From IMG/VR virus record IMGVR_UViG_3300028805_000047: a stretch of DNA of 19,076 nucleotides. One strand, given 5' to 3'. Positions 1-8,017 of this stretch are shown piece by piece (within the stretch, counting starts at the first letter, position 1; every line of letters begins with the position of its first letter). Source of the stretch: a virus. Lineage: Duplodnaviria; Heunggongvirae; Uroviricota; Caudoviricetes. The notes under the pieces are model-generated. The model had not been told where the DNA came from and did no database searches. It was given only the letters and a program-made list of their open reading frames with translations. The translations under genes were made by a program, and so were the position numbers.

Positions 1-3000
1 TACGAGACTTATATAGGTTATAATTCAACATTTTTGTAAGGTTTTCTACAAAATCTGTATTGTTGATTATATAGTCAGTCAATCTGTTATTAAATAAGAA
101 GAATAATTGTACTTGATTGTCATTTTCTATATAAAGCAAGTCCTTATAATCTATTTTATAAAGTAGGTCATTTACATCAGATGCTTTTATTTCCAAACTA
201 CCAAGACTGAAATTGTCAATATATATTTTATCAGGAATATTTACAATTCTTGATGAAAAATATGCTGATGACTCTTTCATATCAATATTAATTGTCTGAT
301 TTTCAAAAACTTTTGATTTTGATGATACAAAATTTGTAGTACGAATAAAGTAATCATTATCAAAATTACTATGAAGTATGTTTATTTGTCTGAAATCAAT
401 TGGATATTTTTCTTCAGTGTAATATCTTGTATCAATGTCAATCTTTGTAGTTCCATTAATAAGTCTGTGATAACCTTCACTAATCATAAATGGAAAATAT
501 ACTTCTGTTGGACGAACAACAAGGTTTATAAACGTATTTGACTTACATAAGAATTTTGTAGGATTCGAATTGGATGAATTTGTAAAGAAAATAATATCCT
601 TTGCTTGTGGTTCGTATTCACCATTATATCTTTTTATGTTAATCAATGAAGGTAATTCTTTTTTCTGTATGTCACAATATGTATATACGTGGTTGTTTGT
701 AGTAGCCGTCTTACTACAAGGTTCGTAAAAATCATTGATTATTATATCCTGAGGATATTCTATTGATATGTCAAGGACTGGTGCTTCTTCAGTCCCTCCA
801 ACAGAATACATCAAAAAGTCTTTCGTATTGATTCTACTTACAAAGTTGTATGCGTTCTTATGGAAATAGGACTGAGTATACAAACTTGATGTTGATGGAG
901 TATTTGTAAAATAAAATTCAGCAGATATTATGTCATCTGTTATTTCATCTGATATTGTAAGCGAGAAGTAATTATTTTCAATTTTTTTGAAAAGACACTT
1001 ATCTGGATCATCAATTACAGTACCGTTTGAAAGATTAAGTTTTATAGATACTTCATCAGTACCATTTTGATTTTTATTAAGATATGCGCTGAACATATAA
1101 TTATCAATGGTACTGAATACATGCTCTGAACCATCTTTAATTTTGTTTATATCTACTTTTAACAACATTTCAAGTTCAGTTCTTGAAAGCTTTTGAATGT
1201 TTTTAGGTATATAGAATATATTATTTGACTTATGTGCAACCATGTATATCAGTGTCCTTGTAAAATTATATTCATTAAACTGAATATTGTATGAAGGATC
1301 TTCTGATGACTCTGATTCAGAATCTTCATTCCATGTCTGCAGAATTTTAAAGAATTGGAGGAATAAGACATATTTTTTATCATGATTGACAATACAAATA
1401 GGTGTATTAAAGTCTATTGAGTTATCAGTATTGAATATAGGTATGTTAAGTATTGTCAATTTATAGTTTAAGAAATAGTCTGAAAGTTCGCTTATTGTTT
1501 GTTTATCATCTATTGTCTTTTGTTTAACAATGAATTTCAAACCTTTTAGCAGACATTCAAGATTGTTTCCAGATTTTATGATAAGCTTATAGAAATCATT
1601 ATACAAATATTCAGGATATTCTTTTTCAAATAAGTCATAATAAATGTCTTCATCTGCAGTGAATAAATCTACCCAATCTTCAATTGACAAGAATTTCCAA
1701 GAAAAATCATCTTCTGAATCGCTAAGTAATTTTGTAGTTGAAAAATGTTTTGAAGCATTTATATATAATCTATTTTGTTTATTATATTTGTTAAGATAAA
1801 AACCTACGTCATGAGTATAATCATATAAAGATGTGTCATTCATGTCAAGGTTTTGACAAATATTATTATGTCTGAATATTTTTGAAAAGTTCAAATTTAT
1901 ATTATACATCAAAGCATCAAGGCTTCTGTCTTTATATGAAAATAATGTAATTGCCTTTGCTGTTTTATTTGTAAATGACAGTTCAGGTATTGCAAGCTCT
2001 TCAAAAAAGTTATATTCAGAATTAAGACTTTTATTGTTTGTATCAAGTAATTGATTGCAATATGCAGATGATTTTATTTCATCAGCATTCATAATAAGGT
2101 TTGATGACAAAACAACCTTTTCTTTATCAGCTAAATCAAGTGTTGCAAGCAGGTAATAATCTTGATCAATTAAATATGGCCTAGTCTGTTTTATATCAGA
2201 ACCATATCTCTGATCTATATCATTATTATTATACTTAATTTCTATTTTCTCTGTTTCAGGATTTTCAGTATATCCATGTGGTATTGAAAATTTTAAATAT
2301 GTCGGTTCATTTGATAAATTTGAGTTATCAATTAAAATTGATGTATCAGTTACTACTGGATATGACTCAATAATATCCTGTTTTAATGATGGTGATAATA
2401 TAGATGTGTCTATATCCTCAACATGATTTTCATTTATTTGATTATCTATATTCAGTACTGTATCAATTTCAGTTTTTAAAGCCGTATCATTACAGACTTC
2501 TGAAATTATGTAATCATTAAATGAAAAAATATCTCTTACAGGCATAAAACTCAGCATACCTGAATAAGGATAAAATTTTGAATAAATTTTTATTTGGTCT
2601 TGATTTTCAAGAATTGGTGATTCAAGCTCGAGGAATAAATAATGAGCAAGTTCTTGTCTGTCATTGTAATTTTCATTAGTTTCAAACATATCCATATTAT
2701 ATTCCATATTAGGAACTAATACAGGAGTATCATTTATTGAAACATATGAATTAAGAATTTTTACATATTCTCCATTAACATTGATATATTTTTCTTCTGA
2801 TTTAAGGTTGTCGAAAATATGTAATAAATCTATATTGACAATTGCTGTTTTCAGTCTGTCATCGGTGCCTCCTACAAAATTTAGCAATAACCCAGATTCA
2901 AGGATACTATAAGAAGATGTTCCTATAATTTCAGCATTGTCTAAAAAATTTTTACTTGTTATTACTTGTATTGATTTATGCTTGCTGTCATTTATATTTC

Positions 3001-3457
3001 TTATACAGACTGTTATATTTTCTCCGTCATCATAATAGAAAACTTTTATCCAAGATTCAGAACTGTTTACAGCATCGACAAAATGCGGAATATCGTAATT
3101 TGTAAGGTTTTCAATGTTCAATGTCATATATTCATCTTCAGATTCTTCATATAAAGAATCACAAACTTTTATATATGCATTGTCTGAAAAAATATAGTCA
3201 GAATTTACTTTGAAACAAAATACGTCGTGTGAAGGATTTTGTAGTTTGAATCTTATTGATGCCGATATTGTTTTATGCTGCATCGATACAAATTTTTCAA
3301 TATCAACAGATTTTTCCTTAAAGGTAAAAGCTTTGCCTATAAGACTGCTGCCTAAACTGTCAAGAGTCTCAACTTCATGTAAGTTTCCATCTTTATCTGT
3401 TAAAGTATAAAAACCTTTATTTATAGTATCTTTTTCTTTAAGGTAATCCATTGTCAT
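1..3457 (-). CDS. Large probable virion structural protein, 3'-partial (>1152 aa, runs off window edge)
   Basis: Hand translation of the minus strand from ATG at 3457 (MTMDYLKEKDTINKGFYTLTDKDGNLHEV...) stays open to the window edge (...NYNLYKSR). It is absent from the ORF track, probably because no stop lies in the window. The structural role is inferred from size and from co-orientation with the baseplate-hub-like gene. Confidence 0.8.
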   Translation of the reverse strand, partial: MTMDYLKEKDTINKGFYTLTDKDGNLHEVETLDSLGSSLIGKAFTFKEKSVDIEKFVSMQHKTISASIRFKLQNPSHDVFCFKVNSDYIFSDNAYIKVCDSLYEESEDEYMTLNIENLTNYDIPHFVDAVNSSESWIKVFYYDDGENITVCIRNINDSKHKSIQVITSKNFLDNAEIIGTSSYSILESGLLLNFVGGTDDRLKTAIVNIDLLHIFDNLKSEEKYINVNGEYVKILNSYVSINDTPVLVPNMEYNMDMFETNENYNDRQELAHYLFLELESPILENQDQIKIYSKFYPYSGMLSFMPVRDIFSFNDYIISEVCNDTALKTEIDTVLNIDNQINENHVEDIDTSILSPSLKQDIIESYPVVTDTSILIDNSNLSNEPTYLKFSIPHGYTENPETEKIEIKYNNNDIDQRYGSDIKQTRPYLIDQDYYLLATLDLADKEKVVLSSNLIMNADEIKSSAYCNQLLDTNNKSLNSEYNFFEELAIPELSFTNKTAKAITLFSYKDRSLDALMYNINLNFSKIFRHNNICQNLDMNDTSLYDYTHDVGFYLNKYNKQNRLYINASKHFSTTKLLSDSEDDFSWKFLSIEDWVDLFTADEDIYYDLFEKEYPEYLYNDFYKLIIKSGNNLECLLKGLKFIVKQKTIDDKQTISELSDYFLNYKLTILNIPIFNTDNSIDFNTPICIVNHDKKYVLFLQFFKILQTWNEDSESESSEDPSYNIQFNEYNFTRTLIYMVAHKSNNIFYIPKNIQKLSRTELEMLLKVDINKIKDGSEHVFSTIDNYMFSAYLNKNQNGTDEVSIKLNLSNGTVIDDPDKCLFKKIENNYFSLTISDEITDDIISAEFYFTNTPSTSSLYTQSYFHKNAYNFVSRINTKDFLMYSVGGTEEAPVLDISIEYPQDIIINDFYEPCSKTATTNNHVYTYCDIQKKELPSLINIKRYNGEYEPQAKDIIFFTNSSNSNPTKFLCKSNTFINLVVRPTEVYFPFMISEGYHRLINGTTKIDIDTRYYTEEKYPIDFRQINILHSNFDNDYFIRTTNFVSSKSKVFENQTINIDMKESSAYFSSRIVNIPDKIYIDNFSLGSLEIKASDVNDLLYKIDYKDLLYIENDNQVQLFFLFNNRLTDYIINNTDFVENLTKMLNYNLYKSR

Positions 3458-3468
3458 GTCATATAATT

Positions 3469-4551
3469 TTAGTCCGCAAGAATTGTCACTCTTTTAGCAT
3501 TGTCATCTTTAGAATTTACTATATAGCTTGAACTTAATTTGTCTGAATTAAGTGATTCATCACATTTAAAATTTACAATCTTGAATCCTGTGTTATATAT
3601 TGGATCAGTACTTACAAAATTATTCTTCCTAATAGAAAGTTTCTCAAATTCAATATTATTACAGTACATCGCGAAATATCTATTTACTTCAAAGTCATCA
3701 GCATTTTCATCGTCAAACATTATTTCAATATTTAAGATATTAGCCAATACCATATTGTTTGAATAGAACAGTTCTGAAAGACGTCCATTTTCTACATTCA
3801 GGCATAAGTCATTTCTAATAATCGTAGATATATCAACTTTTCTTGACGACATGCTTCCAGAAAGGTAATCAATGCCTCTGATATAAATGTAAGGTTGGTT
3901 GACAAGAAGAGGTGAATCATAAAATTCTTTTTGATTTACATATCTTCTTATATACCTGCCAAACTTTGTATTGTCTGTAATGTTTATTGTTTTGACAATT
4001 TGCATTTGTCTTACAATTTCTTTATTTGACATTGTGTATATTCCTGTTTCAGAACTTTCTGAATCTTCAGAATTTTCATAATTATAGTTAGTGTTGCAGG
4101 CACCTGGAATCTTAAAAATTACGATATATTCAGGAAGTTGTTTTTTCAAGTATATTGGAGCTTCGACTGATATTCCTGCACCGTATACTGACTTATTTAC
4201 AAGTGAGCTTTTCATAGCGTAAAATCTTTCAAACTGATTATATGCTCTTGATGTAAATTGACTGTTTGCCGATACCTGTTTAAGCTGGTATGCAATCGTA
4301 TTCGGCAGTAATGATTTATTTTGAGTATAAAATTCATATAGGTCCTCATTATAGTAAGATGTTTCAGCATTGACACCATAATATGAGTACATTGTTTTTG
4401 ACAATGTTGGATTTGCCTGATATGACCTTAAAAATACTGAATCATTTTCAGCATTGTATACAAGCTTTATATTTGTTGTCAATCTAGGATTTGTTCTTAA
4501 AATCATATAAGAACTTGAATCGTATATTTTATCGTAATTTTCAGTATTCAT
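3469..4551 (-). CDS. Hypothetical, probable virion protein (360 aa); possibly the N-terminal part of the downstream large protein
   Basis: ORF track protein (MNTENYDKIYDSSSYMILRTNPRLTTNIKL...VNRYFAMYCN...). A TATAAATA box lies 25 nt upstream. Its 3' end overlaps the open frame of the next ORF by 25 nt. Confidence 0.75.
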   Translation of the reverse strand: MNTENYDKIYDSSSYMILRTNPRLTTNIKLVYNAENDSVFLRSYQANPTLSKTMYSYYGVNAETSYYNEDLYEFYTQNKSLLPNTIAYQLKQVSANSQFTSRAYNQFERFYAMKSSLVNKSVYGAGISVEAPIYLKKQLPEYIVIFKIPGACNTNYNYENSEDSESSETGIYTMSNKEIVRQMQIVKTINITDNTKFGRYIRRYVNQKEFYDSPLLVNQPYIYIRGIDYLSGSMSSRKVDISTIIRNDLCLNVENGRLSELFYSNNMVLANILNIEIMFDDENADDFEVNRYFAMYCNNIEFEKLSIRKNNFVSTDPIYNTGFKIVNFKCDESLNSDKLSSSYIVNSKDDNAKRVTILAD

Positions 4552-4575
4552 TTATATATAAAGATAAACCTTTAT

Positions 4576-4583
4576 TATTTATA
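4576..4583 (-). promoter_or_regulatory. T4-type late promoter candidate (TATAAATA)
   Basis: Plus-strand tatttata at 4576-4583 reads TATAAATA on the minus strand. It overlaps the stop of 4579..6039 and lies 25 nt upstream of the ATG at 4551. It matches the T4 gp55 late consensus, but the 8-mer is not rare in AT-rich DNA. Confidence 0.5.
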
Positions 4584-6039
4584 ACTGAAATTTTACAGAC
4601 GGTTTCATTTCACGTCTGTTAAGTATGAGTTCCTCTTTCATAATGCCGTTATTACTATTGTATAATAATTTTATGCCTGTAACGACATACCAGCCTGAAA
4701 GAGATTCATTATATACCTGCATATTTTTATCCGTTGATGATTCCAAACCTTCATCTATACTTGTCAGCCTTACTGTTTTATCATCATTGTCATCTTTATC
4801 TGTTGATTTGGTTGCAGACACAAGAGCAGAGTTTGTGTCATAAAGGTCAACATATAATTTTGAATATAATGTTATTGCGGGATTATAACTTGATAAACGG
4901 ACCTTAAGCCCGAATGATTTACAGAAAGACAGGTTAAAATTATTTTGAACACCTGCAAAATGATAATTCTTGTGGACGTTATCGCATAAAAATCCGAAAT
5001 CCGTAAAAGCGATATTGTCATCCCTTAAATTGTCTTCTACTTCAGAGTTTACAAGTCTCGATTTCGAAATCGGAATCATCGTTTCTGAAGCATTTGTTAT
5101 AGGGTCGACATATTCAGAAATAAATTCATTGCTGTCATAATCGTAGTATTGCACATATTTTTTATATCCTTCGGATGTTTGGTTCCTCATTATTGTCTCA
5201 TATTTTTCGAAATAGTTGTTCCAAATATCTTCTGATATTTTATTTGTAATCATGTACTCCACTTCTTTTGTCTGATCAGATTCTTCAAATATTTTGTCAA
5301 CAGGTATTTGTGTCTTGAATACCTTCATAGTTTTATTTGTTTTTCTGTCAGTCTGTTCAAACAATCTGTTTACCTCTACATAATTCAAATCATAAAAATA
5401 ATCAATAAATCCTGTTATAAATGAATTGTCGTCTATATAAGAATGATTTAAAGTATTTTCTATAAACGAATCGCAGTTCGCATTTGAGTTTATCCAAATC
5501 TGTTCATCATTTGAGCTTTCAACATTTGAAGAAAATCCAAGCTTATATTTTCTTGCAATAGATGCAAGGGCATTAAAGCTCGTATCTTTTATACTTTCTG
5601 ATGTCCTCTTCATAAAATCAGGAACTCGAAGCTTGCCGTTTACGCTTCTTACCCTCATAGTTGAATGTTCATAAGTATATGTCCTCAATACTGTACACGA
5701 GGTTACTGTAAAATCGCATCTAATCGGCAATAGGTCATGTGATGTCTGAGGTGCTATATAAATTGAGATTACAGAATCATTCGTAATCATATAATCACTA
5801 TCGAATGTATTTTGTAAATCTTTGAATTCTATCTTTACAGTAGGTATGAATGACGAACAGGACAATTCAAATATATTAATATCAGTATTCGATAAAGTAA
5901 TACCGTTTATTGATATTATTGGAAGAATAGCCGACGCCGTAACCTGACTGTCTGTTGATGTCAGCTTGTCAGGCACTGAAAGGTCTCTTAATTTTAAAGT
6001 TGAAGCAAATATTTGAACAATATCGTAAGAATTTGTCAT
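4579..6039 (-). CDS. Probable baseplate hub protein (T4 gp27 / P2 gpD-like), 486 aa
   Basis: Beta-rich N-terminus (PIISINGITL...IFEL..SSFIPTVKIEFKD) and C-terminal LSGWYVVTGIKLLY...ELILNRRE, which resembles the SGxY[LV][IV]xx[IV]xH end motif of baseplate hub proteins. Size is compatible. Recognised by eye only. Confidence 0.5.
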   Translation of the reverse strand: MTNSYDIVQIFASTLKLRDLSVPDKLTSTDSQVTASAILPIISINGITLSNTDINIFELSCSSFIPTVKIEFKDLQNTFDSDYMITNDSVISIYIAPQTSHDLLPIRCDFTVTSCTVLRTYTYEHSTMRVRSVNGKLRVPDFMKRTSESIKDTSFNALASIARKYKLGFSSNVESSNDEQIWINSNANCDSFIENTLNHSYIDDNSFITGFIDYFYDLNYVEVNRLFEQTDRKTNKTMKVFKTQIPVDKIFEESDQTKEVEYMITNKISEDIWNNYFEKYETIMRNQTSEGYKKYVQYYDYDSNEFISEYVDPITNASETMIPISKSRLVNSEVEDNLRDDNIAFTDFGFLCDNVHKNYHFAGVQNNFNLSFCKSFGLKVRLSSYNPAITLYSKLYVDLYDTNSALVSATKSTDKDDNDDKTVRLTSIDEGLESSTDKNMQVYNESLSGWYVVTGIKLLYNSNNGIMKEELILNRREMKPSVKFQL

Positions 6040-6050
6040 TGCTTATAAAA

Positions 6051-7016
6051 TTAGGTTAATAATAATGTTCTACGTTTTTTAGGCTGTGAAATACTGTCGT
6101 TATTCACATCATTGAAAATTTGTACTTCTGATTCTGAAGATTCTACAATGTCATTATCACATATAATTTGTAATTCTGATTCTTCATCAGCTGCAGCATA
6201 TTCAGATTCTGTAATTATTTCTGATTCTTCAATGAGTTCTGATTCTTCAATGAGTTCTGATTCAGATTCTTCATTTGTAATATATTCTGAATCTTCTGAC
6301 TCTTCAGTTGTTTCAGAGTCTTCAATAACCTCTGATTCTTCAATAAGTTCATATTTTTCAGAATCTTCTTCAAAGGTTTCGGTTATTTCGGAATCTTCAA
6401 TATCTTCTGATTCTTCAACTGGTCGTTTTCCTAATGACAGTATTACCTCCTCAATATTAGTCAATCTTTGTTCGATACTAGAAAATACTGAACTAAAATT
6501 AGTTGTATTTGGTTTTTCCTGAATTGGTTCGACAGGTTTTTCCTGAATAGTTTCAGAAGGTTCTTTATCATCATTTACAATAATGCTTCTTGCGACAGCT
6601 GTAAGCAATAAAGTAACAATTGGAAGAATTGCGCCTGAAATATATGCAATAAATACTTTTTGTGACTGTACATCAATATCAGTAAAGAATATACTTACAA
6701 TACTTTGTGTGAACGCAAGCATTTGGCCTTCTGAACTATTTTGACAAATATACAAATAGCATGAATAAACATTACCAATAACCTGTATTAGAGTGAATAT
6801 TGTCAGCAACATCCAAGCAACTACATTTTTATTGTTTTTTAATATAGTCAGCAATGTCGCTGCAAGCCCGATTTCAAATGTAGCAGCAAGTATATAGGTA
6901 AGAGCTGTGGAATTTGAAATGATGAAAAAATCTATCGCATGTATTAAGCTGACAGACATTGTACATATGTACAACAGAATAAATAATATAACTAATGGTT
7001 GTTTAAAATTTTTCAT
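6051..7016 (-). CDS. Multi-pass membrane protein with Glu/Ser-rich repetitive C-terminal tail (321 aa)
   Basis: About four hydrophobic segments in residues ~7-145 (LVILFILLYICTMSVSLIHAIDFF; LTYILAATFEIGLAATLLTIL; VVAWMLLTIFTLIQVIGNVY; VFIAYISGAILPIVTLLLTAVA), a short coiled coil, then E/S/I repeats and a basic tip KKRRTLLLT. Confidence 0.75.
   Translation of the reverse strand: MKNFKQPLVILFILLYICTMSVSLIHAIDFFIISNSTALTYILAATFEIGLAATLLTILKNNKNVVAWMLLTIFTLIQVIGNVYSCYLYICQNSSEGQMLAFTQSIVSIFFTDIDVQSQKVFIAYISGAILPIVTLLLTAVARSIIVNDDKEPSETIQEKPVEPIQEKPNTTNFSSVFSSIEQRLTNIEEVILSLGKRPVEESEDIEDSEITETFEEDSEKYELIEESEVIEDSETTEESEDSEYITNEESESELIEESELIEESEIITESEYAAADEESELQIICDNDIVESSESEVQIFNDVNNDSISQPKKRRTLLLT
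6219..6263. repeat. 18-bp in-frame tandem repeat (TTCTGATTCTTCAATGAG x2.5) within a longer degenerate array
   Basis: Exact copies at 6219-6236 and 6237-6254, partial copy at 6255-6263. Degenerate TCTGATTCTTCA-like units occur across about 6125-6420. Encodes (E)SELIE repeats on the minus strand. Confidence 0.85.
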
Positions 7017-7050
7017 ATATATTGTTTTTTATAATAAATTCATTCAAATA

Positions 7051-7058
7051 TATTTATA
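7051..7058 (-). promoter_or_regulatory. T4-type late promoter candidate (TATAAATA) in the divergent intergenic region
   Basis: Plus-strand tatttata at 7051-7058 reads TATAAATA on the minus strand, 35 nt upstream of the first minus-strand gene (ATG at 7016). Confidence 0.55.
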
Positions 7059-7067
7059 GATAAAGTC

Positions 7068-7277
7068 ATGGATAAAAAATATGTAGTTAAGTCAAATGCG
7101 GGTATAAATCTTTGTGTTGGAACACTGAGAGAATGTGTTGCATTTATGAATAACAGCGGAAATTGTACAAAGGTGGAAGATTCAGAAGAGGTGAAATACA
7201 TGCTTACCGACCTTATAAAGTCTAAAAATAAGCTTATCAATATTGGAGAGTACTGTTATTTACAACCTTTTAAGTAA
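7068..7277 (+). CDS. Hypothetical protein (69 aa)
   Basis: ORF track; first gene of the plus-strand cluster; tightly packed with the next gene. Confidence 0.65.
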   Translation: MDKKYVVKSNAGINLCVGTLRECVAFMNNSGNCTKVEDSEEVKYMLTDLIKSKNKLINIGEYCYLQPFK

Positions 7278-7278
7278 T

Positions 7279-7632
7279 ATGAGCGATATAGTTATTACAG
7301 ATGAAGAAAGAGAAAGAGCGATGTCCATTATTGAAAGATATCGTTTTTTTGATGAAAAATTTGAGGAACTTCATAAACGTACAAATAGTTATCGTGAAGA
7401 ATTATTAGCTTTGAAGGAATCTCCAGACAATGAAGAAAGTAATAAAAAAGCTGATGAATTGCAGGCAAATTTGAAAATAACAATGGATGAATATGATTCA
7501 GTTTTAATTGAATTCACAGAAGTAATGAATGAAGATGAGAAATTTGAAAAGGAACTTGTTGAAAAATACGGACCTAAAATCCTCGATGCGAATTATCTGA
7601 AATTAAATATTTTTAACAAGTTGTCATATTAA
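7279..7632 (+). CDS. Hypothetical coiled-coil protein (117 aa)
   Basis: ORF track 7243..7632. Start moved to the ATG at 7279 (MSDIVITDEE...), 1 nt after the upstream TAA, which removes a 35-nt overlap. Charged helical composition. Confidence 0.7.
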   Translation: MSDIVITDEERERAMSIIERYRFFDEKFEELHKRTNSYREELLALKESPDNEESNKKADELQANLKITMDEYDSVLIEFTEVMNEDEKFEKELVEKYGPKILDANYLKLNIFNKLSY

Positions 7633-7704
7633 AAGCTAAATAAGAAAAATTATAATTAGCTTTGGAGGCATTAAAGCTAAATAAGAAAAATTATAATTAA
7701 CTTT
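7632..7704. repeat. 32-bp direct repeat x2 (period 41) with internal inverted arms; candidate tandem promoter or hairpin element
   Basis: AAAGCTAAATAAGAAAAATTATAATTAGCTTT at 7632-7663 and a copy with one mismatch (…TTAACTTT) at 7673-7704. AAAGCTAA and TTAGCTTT are reverse complements. Confidence 0.85.
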
Positions 7705-7725
7705 AACATATTAAAAATTAAAATT

Positions 7726-8013
7726 ATGGAAGTAAAGACAAAATTTAATATCGGTGACAAAGTGTATATTCTTTGTTCTGGTTCCATTTTTAAAGCCATT
7801 ATTTCTGAAGTTATTATCAATTGTAAGCATTGTAGCAATTCAATACGTTACAAAGTATGTATTTTTGACAGTATTGAAGGAGCTGTAATCTTGGATGATC
7901 TGTATAATGAAAATTCAATATATGATTCTATTGATAACTTATGTAAGGCTTTGGAAGATAATGCTACTATAATGAATCCAGAAGAATATCAATCTTGTAA
8001 AACAAAAATATAA
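7726..8013 (+). CDS. Hypothetical small phage protein (95 aa), TKFNIGDKV N-terminal motif, CxxC
   Basis: ORF track; A-rich leader TTAAAATTATG; MEVKTKFNIGDKVY resembles a common small phage protein start; contains CKHC. Confidence 0.7.
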   Translation: MEVKTKFNIGDKVYILCSGSIFKAIISEVIINCKHCSNSIRYKVCIFDSIEGAVILDDLYNENSIYDSIDNLCKALEDNATIMNPEEYQSCKTKI

Positions 8014-8017
8014 ATTT

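Noticed and set aside
3418-3425. Third minus-strand TATAAATA
   Set aside because: It falls inside the coding sequence of the large ORF with no start codon suitably downstream, and the 8-mer is expected by chance in DNA this AT-rich.
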